From Emiliania huxleyi CCMP1516 (taxonomy: Eukaryota), in the NCBI RefSeq assembly GCF_000372725.1, contig NW_005201144.1:124001-188000 (forward strand): DNA of 64,000 nt, in the 5' to 3' direction. The notes under the pieces were generated by a model that was given only the letters and a program-made list of their open reading frames with translations, was not told the DNA's origin and searched no databases. Shown piece after piece: positions 45,680 through 55,250 of the stretch (its first letter is position 1; each line of letters begins with the position of its first letter). A program made the translations under genes and the position numbers.

Positions 45680-46590
45680 GGGGGGGATATGGCTCAGTGT
45701 AAAAATAAATTTTCTTGGGCTGCTCTGGCTCGGGCAGGTGGCCGCCATTCTGTTCGGTTTTGGCCTCTTTGTGTACCTCCCAGCTCCGAGGTGTCGCATT
45801 CCCGGCTCCGCTGACGATTGATGCAGCTTCCTCCCGTGGTGCCACACCTGCACCAGCGCGGTGCTAAGCCTTGCCGCCACCTCCGCCCTCAGGAACGGTA
45901 CACAACTCGGCGCGATGGGCAGGAAGTCGGGCATGACGGGGGATGCGGAGAGGCGCAAGCGGCGCAAGGCCGCCGAGGCGGCCGCTGTCTCCGTCGAGCC
46001 CACGGGCGCCACCGAGGCGCCGGAGCCGCCCGCCGCGCCCGACAACTCGCCGGAAAGGGAGGTCGAGCCGGCAGTCGAGCCGGCAGCGCCCGATCATCCC
46101 TGCCTCCGGCACCCAGACCCCGAGGTGAGGGCCCTCGCGGCGCTGCAGCTGAAGATTGAGGCGGAGCAGTCGGGCACGGAGTCAAAGGAGGAGATCGAGC
46201 TCAAGGTGAAGATGGCGTGGCTGGCCCGGCTCGCCGACGACTACTGCGTGCGCGTGGGCGACACTGAGCGGACCAAGGGGCTCTTCGGCGGGAGGCGGCC
46301 TTGGTGGCGAGAGGAGGGGTGGCACGAGTGGTACCCCGGCCGCTGGGCGGAAAACCGCCTTCTTTGGGGCGAGTACAACGAAGAGCGAGATGGTGAGACC
46401 GAGATGGAGCTCCTCCGGCACCGGCTGGCCCGCTGCCGGAAAAAATCCGGGGTTTAGCTGGCGTATCTCGGGCCCACTTTAGAGCTAGGGCATGATCTTA
46501 GGTGTTCTGGATAGCCCACAAGGGTCTTCTGTGGCATGGTAGCGGTGGTTTTGCGCGAGGCGTTCATTCAAAAATCACCATATCCCCCCC
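45680..46590. mobile_element. Putative non-autonomous TIR element carrying a short ORF (45915-46457 +)
   Basis: 13-bp TIR GGGGGGGATATGG / CCATATCCCCCCC with TA on both flanks. Confidence 0.55.
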
Positions 46591-46868
46591 TAGGTATAAC
46601 AAAATCCTTACAATGTGCATGTGACATGTGAGTGTGGTCCATGGAGTCATGGGATGGTCATGGGTCTCTCTCTCTCAACCCTCCCGCCCCACCTCTGCGG
46701 ACCTCTCTCTAGCACCGGCGGCTGTGCTACTACAAATGAAGCTACCAGCTAGCCTTCTGGGGCCCTACAGTCATATGCCTACGGCGTCTGGGTGGGGCTG
46801 GGGGTGGCCGCCGCCGTCTGTGCCGCCGCCCATATTTTGGCCCCTCGAGTCTATCGAGCTCTCCTCGC

Positions 46869-46985
46869 TGCGACGGTGTATCATTCACTTTATGCCACCG
46901 TTGCATATCCGGATATGCAACGGTGGCATAAAGTGAATGATACGGATATGCAACGGTGGCATAAAGTGAATGATACACCGTCGCA
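46869..46985. repeat. Perfect palindrome with a tandemly duplicated arm
   Basis: Left arm 46869-46910; right arm present twice (46911-46943 and 46944-46985). Confidence 0.92.
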
Positions 46986-47073
46986 CTCGCGCAAGCGGCA
47001 ATGACGACTCTTCTGACGCCCACTCCGATCATTTGCCGCCAAGTCATGTCGTTACTCAGGTCACGCAGTCCCG

Positions 47074-47135
47074 GCACTTGGAGCACTTGGAGTGCAGTCA
47101 GTAACCGCACATCCAGGGCCAGGGGGCTAAGAAGC
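47074..47135 (-). mobile_element. SINE-like family X, short 3' fragment
   Basis: GCACTTGGAGCACTTGGAGTGCAGTCAGTAACCGCACATCCAGGGCC. Confidence 0.7.
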
Positions 47136-47805
47136 AGAGAGTCGTGATTTCTTGTTGGTTAATAAAAATGAAGAAGCAGAACCCCGTCTTTGAAGTTCTT
47201 TGGGGAGGGTCCGGCGGGGAGGGCGGGGTGGGTCGGGACGGGGTGGGGCTTTGGGGAGGGGTCCTCCGATGTAGCTCTTACGAACATACACAACCCCCTC
47301 TCCCTTTTCTCCCAGTAAGCTAAAAGTACATAACCCGGCCGGAGGTGGATGGACTGCTGACAGACAGGGCTTTGTAAAATTCTTATCGGTTGTAGAATTC
47401 TACCGGCCATTGATTGTGCCCAGGGCATTGTGAAACTCTTATCTGCGGCTCCCGTGAGATTCCTGTGTTAGCGCCAGTGCGCGCCAGTCCCCTAGCTGCT
47501 GTCAGGAGACGGAACACGGAGGAAGGAGCTGTATAGGTCACTAGAGACCCACACCATCGCTACATCACCACAGCCACCAAGTCGGATACAAGTCGATGAC
47601 AATGTGCGCGGCAGGACAAACCAAACATGAGACGGTTACACAAGGACGGTCAGGCTACGGTCAGGAAGTAGGTTTGAGTTCACACTCTCCAACATTCCCC
47701 CATTGGAGCAGAGCTTCTTGGCGCGGTTGGTATTGGCTAAGGGGGCCCCTAACTCCCATATCTGTGGTGTGGAGCGCGAGGCGCGCTCTAAGAGGCAACA
47801 GTGGG

Positions 47806-48498
47806 ATGAGGAAGCTGTTGGTGGCGCTTGCTGCTGCACAGCCATGCTGTTCTCTTAAGCAGTCGAGTTCAGGGCAGGCGCCACAATGCGACACCAGTAG
47901 GTTTGCTAACGTCATCCGCGGAGTGCAGTGCCGCAACTTTGAGCACAACAAATCAGCGGTTTCCTCACATGCGTGCAAGCTGAGTTGCTGCGAGTCGGCG
48001 GCGTGCAGCTCTTGGGTTTGGTCGGACCAAAAGGGGTGCTGGGTGGGACGGGGCGCGTGCTCTGGGATGCAGAGTCGCGATTGGCATGGCGCCTCCCAAG
48101 TGCCAGTCGTTCCCCTTCCCGGATGTGGAAACAGGTGGTGTGACCACCCTGAGCAGTTGCCCGGCGCCGGCGAGGGCTGCGTTTCTCCCTTGGGGTGTCA
48201 GGCCGGTTTGACTTGCATCGGTGAGCAGTCCTCTATCGACCGTCGTGGCTGCAATGTGCTCGATGGCAAATGTAAGTGCAGTGCTTCGCAGGAGCGCACG
48301 GCCAGGGACCAGCCTGCCGCCGTCAGCGACCCACCCACCGAAGAGGAGAGGTTCCAATGCGTCAATTTCAAGACGTGCCTTGGCAGCATCGAACGGCTCA
48401 AGGCTCTGCTGGCTGCGGAGAGGGCGAAGAATGCGGCCGCCACGGTGCGAGCTCCAGCAAATGGAGGCCCCACTGTCTACGACACGAAAGGCAGTTAG
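47806..48498 (+). CDS. Secreted Cys-rich protein with PAN/apple-like domain
   Basis: Signal peptide MRKLLVALAAA, ACKLSCCESAACSSWVW..GCWVG, and further Cys clusters. Confidence 0.6.
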   Translation: MRKLLVALAAAQPCCSLKQSSSGQAPQCDTSRFANVIRGVQCRNFEHNKSAVSSHACKLSCCESAACSSWVWSDQKGCWVGRGACSGMQSRDWHGASQVPVVPLPGCGNRWCDHPEQLPGAGEGCVSPLGCQAGLTCIGEQSSIDRRGCNVLDGKCKCSASQERTARDQPAAVSDPPTEEERFQCVNFKTCLGSIERLKALLAAERAKNAAATVRAPANGGPTVYDTKGS

Positions 48499-48966
48499 TC
48501 CGTTTCGTGGACGCACATCCTCAAAGGGCCTACTTCGCGCGGCTTAATCGTCTCGCGGTCTCAACGGCAACGCGGTCGAGGTCGCTGGAGTTGGAGTGGC
48601 GCATCTGGAAGAGCCATTCCCTGGTGACTTCGACTTGGAAGCAAGCGACGTCGCATTGTCGTGGAAGGCGCGTGTGATGTAGGTGCGGGTTGGGACCTCC
48701 ATTTGCATCAAATGGGAGTGTCGCTCGACTGCGTATCCCGCACAACCGCGGCGGTCGAATTCGGCACGGAACTTGCTACTTGGAGACGCGGTGCGCCTTC
48801 ACCGCGTTCCGGGCCGATCCGGGGCCACCTGACAGACGTGTCTCGAGAGAGACCGGGAGGGCTGAGCTTTTCCTCTCTTGGCTTTCAGGACAAGAAACAA
48901 TACCGATAAAAAATGTAGAGATAAACTATATCAGATACTTTGATCCCCTGCGCGTATCGGCGCAAG

Positions 48967-49773
48967 TCAAGTCTCTCTCTCCGGGCCGACGACGTCAGCG
49001 AACACGACCGGCACCTCTGGCCATGCAGTCTGCATGCTGGCCACGAACTGTCTGATGTCGACGCGCAGCTTCAAGTCCGGCTCGCCACCGCCCAGCCACG
49101 CCGTGCCATCGGCCAAACCACGCAGCCGCTCAGAAACAAGCAGCGGCATCGGCGTCGCCATGCCGAGCGGCGTCACTGCGTTGTGCTCAAAGCCAGAAAG
49201 CGCCAGGCTCTCCTCTCCCGAGACCATCCGCAAGCTGTACTGCCTCTTCGCGGCGGCGTGCCTCCCCTCGAGGCCGCGAACCACGTCGGTCAGCTTGTGC
49301 TTGTCCAGCTTTGGGCCATCGTACTGAAGCACAACGCACACGCGCTTGTACCGGCCCAAGCCCGCCGCCTCCGCCGCGCTCACGCCGGAGAGGCGCGTGT
49401 TTTCCATAATCATCGACTTGCAGAGGGCCGCAGTGGAGCAGGCGCCGAGGACGTCCCGTCGCCACTCGAGCTCGTGCTCGTAATAATCTTGCGGCGTGCG
49501 GCAAAAGCGCGCGCTTGAGAGACCGAGCTCGCGCGCCACGAGCTCCAGCCGCGCCTGAACCGGCGACGAGTCGTGCGGCGGCGCTGCGGCCGCCGGCGAT
49601 GGATGCCGATCGACGAGAGCATGACCTGCGCGATCGATGCTCAGTCGAACGCCAGAGGCTTCCGCCGCGATGCTCACAGCGACGCAAGGTTCGCAGAGAG
49701 AGATGGCGAGCCTGACGCCTGAGCCGCTGCCGCCCGAGCCGCTGTGGATGGTGAGGGTGACCAGCCTGCCCAT
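48967..49773 (-). CDS. YbaK/aminoacyl-tRNA deacylase (editing) domain protein
   Basis: LCKSMIMEN, LSGFEHNAVTPLG and WLGGGEPDLKL motifs. Confidence 0.85.
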   Translation of the reverse strand: MGRLVTLTIHSGSGGSGSGVRLAISLCEPCVAVSIAAEASGVRLSIDRAGHALVDRHPSPAAAAPPHDSSPVQARLELVARELGLSSARFCRTPQDYYEHELEWRRDVLGACSTAALCKSMIMENTRLSGVSAAEAAGLGRYKRVCVVLQYDGPKLDKHKLTDVVRGLEGRHAAAKRQYSLRMVSGEESLALSGFEHNAVTPLGMATPMPLLVSERLRGLADGTAWLGGGEPDLKLRVDIRQFVASMQTAWPEVPVVFADVVGPERET

Positions 49774-49872
49774 CACGACACCTCACTCGAGTCCTTTGGC
49801 CTCTTGGCTGGCTTTGTATGGAGACCTCGAGAGAATCGCTCGCCTAGACCCTTGCGCCACTACGTTGGATCT

Positions 49873-51470
49873 CAACCCGCCAGAAAAACGGTATGGCGGG
49901 TGGAGTGCTCTCTACTGCCGCGGCGCCCCTGTCGGTTCGGAGGCGCCCGGCGGCCGCGCGCTTGGTGCCGACGTCGACCGGCTGCTCTCGGTCTCGCGGC
50001 GCCGAGGCGTGCCGCTTCGGTCACGTCACGCGCGCTGCGAGGTGTCTTTTGGCATGTGAGCGCTTGGCATAGACGCCAGGAAGCTCGCCTTCCTTGCCTG
50101 CGGCCGCGGGCGTGCGGGCGGGCACGCCAGGCTCGGCGAAGCTCGGCGCGGGTCTTCGAGCTCGCCGCCGGCGGCGAGCCAGCATGGCTCGTCGCTCGAC
50201 GGGAGCCTGCCCAGCATGCTCTCGGCACTCTGTACAGCCTCGCCAAGCTCTCTGGGAAGGTCTACGGGGCCAGAGCGGCCTGTCTCGGGCGAGATGGCGC
50301 GCTGAATGCTACCATGACTACGAGCTCTCGATCGGGTCGACGGCGGCGGGCTTGCGCGGCGCGCTGCTCGACGGCAGGCTGCTCTCCAACCTTTCAACAG
50401 TGTCTTTTACCTCGCTCCTCTTGCTGCAACCGCCTTCGGGGGCCGGCGCCGGCCGCCTCGCTTCGCCAGCGCTGCCTACGCCTACGACACGCGCATCGGC
50501 TCGCCGCCCGCGTCGCCTGCGGCGGGCCCGCGGGGCGCGACGCTCGTCGGGAGCGTGCTCAGCAGGATGTGCAGCGCAGCCTGACTCACTCAGAGCGCCG
50601 CTGATGTGGCGTGGGGCCACCGGCGGGGCTGCTGCCGCGCACGCTGCGCTGTGGACTTCACCATCGTGCCCTCGCCGTGTCGCCGACGCCACTTGCCGCT
50701 CGCGGATGCCCTGCCCTGCCCTGACACCGCGCAAACAAACACACACACACACAAACAAACACACACATTATTAATAATCGGGTAATAATTATTAATTATT
50801 AATCCTCGGGCGGCGGAGCGGCGCGGCGGCGGGCGACGCGGAGCGGGGCGGCGCGACCATCTGTGCTGACCGGGGCCTCTGGCCTTTGATGCGGCACAAT
50901 GGTCGCGCCGCCCTCGACTCAAGGGGCTGCCTTCCAGCCGTCGCTGCTCAGGCCGGGCGAGGGGGGGAGACCTCCTGTTCCTCGCGGAACGGGAGCAGGC
51001 CCCTCCTTGCCCGGTCTGCGATGCAGGGCGATGGTCGTGCCTTCTTCGCTTCGTACTCGAAACCACGACGCCGCAACCGTCGCCGGCGCGCGACACGTTC
51101 CCGTAGGCCGGACTGTCCTCGTCGAGAGTGTGTGCCGCCAAGGCGGGACGCACTCAGGGACGGTGCCGACGGGATGCGGCTCGAAGGGTGTGGCTCCGCA
51201 GCGCAGAGCGTCTCGCCGAGCCATGCGTGCCCGCCCGCTCGCCCGCGGCCGCAGGCGTGGAAGCCAACCATCCTGGCGTCTATGGCAAGCGCTCACATGC
51301 CAAAAGGCACCTCGCAGCGCGCGAGACGTGACCAAAGCGGCGTCTCGGCGCCGCGAGAGCAGCCGGTCGACGTCGGCTTCAAGCGCGCGGCCGCCTGGCG
51401 CCTCCGAACCGACAGGGGCCCCGCGGCAGTAGAGAGCACTCCACCGCCATACCGTTTTTATGGCGGGGTT
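49873..51470. mobile_element. Foldback/MULE-like element with long degenerate inverted repeats
   Basis: About 49873-50140 is the diverged reverse complement of about 51210-51470. AT-rich centre at 50735-50805. Confidence 0.65.
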
Positions 51471-51611
51471 CTGTGCTGTGGGGCCCGAGAATTCTTTTTA
51501 TGACCGGCTCTTGCTTGGAGTAGTGAGTGCAGTTTCGCCGACCGACCTCCACGACCTCCCACGCGTCAAATCGGCATCTTGTGTCAAGACCTTGCGAAGG
51601 CTCCTGTGCCT

Positions 51612-52499
51612 ATGCAGCCACCGAGCCGACGGTCTCTGCTCTCCACGGCCGCCTGGGCGCCTCTGCTGCCGCTGCTGGCGCCGCTGCCCGCGCCGTCCGC
51701 CTCGCCGCCGACAGCCATCGCCTCGCCGCCGTCGTCCATCAAGGCGCGACTGGATTCGCAGAACCCGTCCTTCTTGACGAAGCCGCGCACTTCGGGCCTG
51801 CAGGCGCCAGCGGAAGCCAAATACCCCGACTGGCTCGTGGGCGAGTGGAGTGTCGAGCAGACTTTCGCCGGCTACGAGATGCCGCTCAAGGACGTGATCC
51901 CGCGCGACGCCCTGATGGCCGAGGGCGACGTGCCCGGCTTCAAGAAGCTGTCCATCGCATCCCTCCCGAATGTCGGGAAGGAGGGCGTGCGGTTCACGAT
52001 GCGGTGGGCGCGCGACGCCGAGGGCTACGTGCGCGAGGACCGGGCCGCCAACCTGAACAGCGCCATCCGAGGGGGGCTAGGGTATGACGCGATCGAGTAC
52101 ATCGAGTACAAGGCGGACCGCGGCAACCCCGGCTTGCTCGGCTCCAACGCAGGCAACCCCAACAGGGTCAAGCTCGTCTTTGCGCCCGGGCTGACGAAGA
52201 ATGCCGACCGCATCGAGCTCTTTGTGAACGCGCGCGAGACGGAGGCGCCTCGTGAGGACCTGTTTTACACGACCGAGGCGCTGAAGCAGGTCACGTTCTC
52301 GCCCCAGAGGTCGATCAACGGCGAGTACTGCCACTTCATCTCCTATCGGCGCGTCTCCCCGACGCAGGTCGACGTGGTCATGATCACCGCTGCGTACTCG
52401 GAGCCGCTGCAGCTGGAGCGCTTTTTCCAGAGGGTGGGCGGGAACCAGCCCCTCATTCTCTTCTCGCACGCACAGCGGATGCGTAAAAAGGAGGGGTGA
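51612..52499 (+). CDS. Conserved hypothetical protein (DUF6816-like, probably plastid/thylakoid)
   Basis: Twin-Arg SRRSLL N-terminus, then YPDWLVGEW, VREDRAAN and NPNRV motifs. Confidence 0.6.
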   Translation: MQPPSRRSLLSTAAWAPLLPLLAPLPAPSASPPTAIASPPSSIKARLDSQNPSFLTKPRTSGLQAPAEAKYPDWLVGEWSVEQTFAGYEMPLKDVIPRDALMAEGDVPGFKKLSIASLPNVGKEGVRFTMRWARDAEGYVREDRAANLNSAIRGGLGYDAIEYIEYKADRGNPGLLGSNAGNPNRVKLVFAPGLTKNADRIELFVNARETEAPREDLFYTTEALKQVTFSPQRSINGEYCHFISYRRVSPTQVDVVMITAAYSEPLQLERFFQRVGGNQPLILFSHAQRMRKKEG

Positions 52500-52639
52500 T
52501 GCCCAACAACCGTAAGCCACATCTGGACGCGGAGAAAGTACAGTGTAAAGAGTCAATGGGACCCCGTGTTGCATGTCACTGTCATCACTGTGCGATTTCG
52601 GGGCCCGGGGTTGTGCGTTTACGTAAAGAGTCAAGCGTA

Positions 52640-53203
52640 GAGGGTCCACAGCGCCCCAAAATTCCACGAGTGTGGGATTTCGCCGCAATCGCTATTCGCT
52701 TGACTCTGAAAAGCTCGCATGTACCTCCTGCGAGCGCGGTGATCGCCGCAGACTGGCTCCGACTTGACGGCAGCATGGAGACGTGATGCCTCCATGCTGC
52801 CGTCAAGTCGAAATCGACATGCGAGTCGATCTTTGGCCCGCCAGAGGGATATGCGGCGTTTCGGGCGACAAACAGCGTTGCGACCGCGAAGACCGAAGTG
52901 GCGGTGGACATGCTCCCATGTTGCCGACGCGGCGCCGGAGTGGCCGGCGCTGCTCGCCGCGACCACGACGGCTACTCTGATACTCCGGGCCGACCCGTCC
53001 TACCCGACGGTGGCACTCTTCCACGTCTCGCTCACGCTGAGAAAATTCTGAAACGGCGTGCAGCAGAGTCACCGACGAGTCGGTCCGCGTGACTCCTCGT
53101 GTCCCATACCGTTCTCACACATCCATAAACTCACTTTGGCCTCACTGAAGCGATGCCTCAATCCTGAATCCTCAGATTTTAGATTAGGACGCTGCGGACC
53201 CTC
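52640..53203. mobile_element. Putative MITE with imperfect TIRs and an internal 21-bp hairpin
   Basis: TA-GAGGGTCCACAGCG ... CGCTGCGGACCCTC-TA, with a hairpin at 52760-52810. Confidence 0.6.
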
Positions 53204-53280
53204 TACTTTAGTCAAGGCCTGTGGAGTGTGGTGGCGGCGTGGCGTCCGCCCATCCCTCCTCTGTGTCTGTTTTCTTTTTG

Positions 53281-53541
53281 TCTTTCATGTGCTTCGTCTT
53301 GTCGTGCATGACCGGGTCCTCGGCGACGCGCAGCGCGGCCGTGTTCGCGGCCCCCACACCCACAATGACTATCAATCCAGGCTGCGGGTGAAGGGCAAAA
53401 CCGCGCCGCTGCAGAACGGTTTTTGCAAAACCGCGCCGCAGCGGTACGAAACTGCGCAGATGCAGTCCAGGGGTGGTAAGGACACTATGTGTGTGTGTGT
53501 GGCCGTAGACTAGACGGCTGCGCGGTCGTCGGTCTTCAACA
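53281..53541 (-). mobile_element. Copia truncated LTR (53348-53541) fused to an RNase H fragment
   Basis: LTR start TGTTGAAG at 53541. NTAALRVAEDPVMHDKTKHM matches the Copia RNase H DN.sAi..a.NPv.H.rtKHi motif. Confidence 0.85.
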
Positions 53542-54922
53542 CACTTGGCGGCGTTGGCGCCGACGGATGCGCCGAGCGGCATCAGGTGGATGTTGAAACA
53601 AGTCCTCCCCGAAGTAGATGGTCTGCCCGGAGGGGTAGTTGAGGCGTGGTGGGCAGAGGTCGAAGCGGACCACGATGTTCTGCGCCTTGCACTCCTTGAC
53701 GCTGACGAGAGGCATGGCGAGTCCGGGCGCGTACAGCGCGTTCACCCACTCGGTGTTCACAACCTTGGTGTCCTGCGGCTTGGTCGGGTCAGCCAGCGCG
53801 AAGGCGTACGCGGTGCCGACGCCCTTCGCCTTGAGGTAGTCGTTGTTTGCGCAGCGGATGTAGATGGGCTTCTCGGGCTCGCGCCACCCGTGAGGGAAGA
53901 AGTCGGGCGTCGGGAACATGTTCATGCCCGCCTTGGAGTCGACGCCAGCGGCATACGATCCCGGCATGTTCACACCGGCGGTCGTGTCGTACGCGTCGAC
54001 GACCTTGACATGCCCGACAAGCGCGTGTGCCTGCATCGCGTCCATGCGCGCCACGTACATGGCGAGCATGATGCACGTGTACGAGAGGACGAGCGGGACC
54101 GTCTTGGGCACGTCGATGTTATTCACCGCGCGGAACATGTCGCCCGCGACCTTGCGGTAGATCGGCTGGAGCGGGTCCTCCTCGATGGCGTACTCTGCTC
54201 CGCTACCTGAGTCAATCGCCGGCCCGGTGGACAGCTCGAGGGGTAGTGCGGTGACGGACTCGACCATCACGCCCATGTTCGAGGGCTCGTCCACGGCGTC
54301 GGCCACAGGCGTGCCGATCGAGGCAGGCGAGCCCATGTAGACCGGGATGAGGCACGCGAGCAGGACGAGTAGGATGGAAGCGCCGATGTACGGGCGAGGC
54401 AGCGCGGTGACGAACGAGGTGAACTTGACCCACAGCCCGCCGCGCGCCCGTGCCTCCGCCGCATTGCGCGCCGCCGTCTTGGCCTTGAGGATGGCGGGCG
54501 TGTCGGTGGGGTTGGAGTCGGGGAAGGTGTCCTCGACCTGGTCGGTGCCGACGCCAGCGACAAAGCCGCCGACGATGCCGTCCGGGTCGAACGTGCGGGT
54601 GACAGAGTCGGCCAGCGCCGCCCGCACCTCCTCGTGGTCGGCCGCGGTGGAGTCCGACTTCTTGGCGAAGGGGTCGTGCGGGAGGGTGCGGCCGGGGGAC
54701 TTGGCGCACACCTTCTTGTACGAGGACTGGGCCATGCGCACCTTCGCCTCGTGGTCGATGCGGTCGGGGAGTTCCTCGAGCACCTTGGCGACAGGGACCC
54801 CCTTGCAGATGAGGTCACCGATGCACTTGCCACCGTGCAACCCACCGCAGTGGGGGCACGGCTTGCGCCCAGCGGCTGCGCGGCCGCCGCGGTCCCCGCC
54901 GCCCTTGTCGGACTTGATCTGC
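53542..54922 (-). pseudogene. Inverted Copia gag-protease fragment
   Basis: Near-identical to 56114-57485 in reverse orientation. Confidence 0.92.
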
Positions 54923-55207
54923 TGTTGAAGACCGACGACCGCGCAGCCGTCTAGTCTACGGCCACACACACACACATAGTGTCCTTACCACCCCTGGACT
55001 GCATCTGCGCAGTTTCGTACCGCTGCGGCGCGGTTTTGCAAAAACCGTTCTGCAGCGGCGCGGTTTTGCCCTTCACCCGCAGCCTGGATTGATAGTCATT
55101 GTGGGTGTGGGGGCCGCGGGCCAGGACTTTTGTTTGAACAAAGTTTTGACAGTACATTTCTGTCGGGCCTTGGAACAGCTTGTGAGTGGTCACTGAAGAC
55201 CTTCACA
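54923..55207 (+). repeat. Copia LTR (285 bp, TG...CA), followed by PBS TGGTAGCGGCGGGG at 55210
   Basis: TGTTGAAGAC...ACCTTCACA; the sequence recurs five times in the window. Confidence 0.95.
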
Positions 55208-55250
55208 GTTGGTAGCGGCGGGGCAACGATCCCCGGGACATTACGACAAC

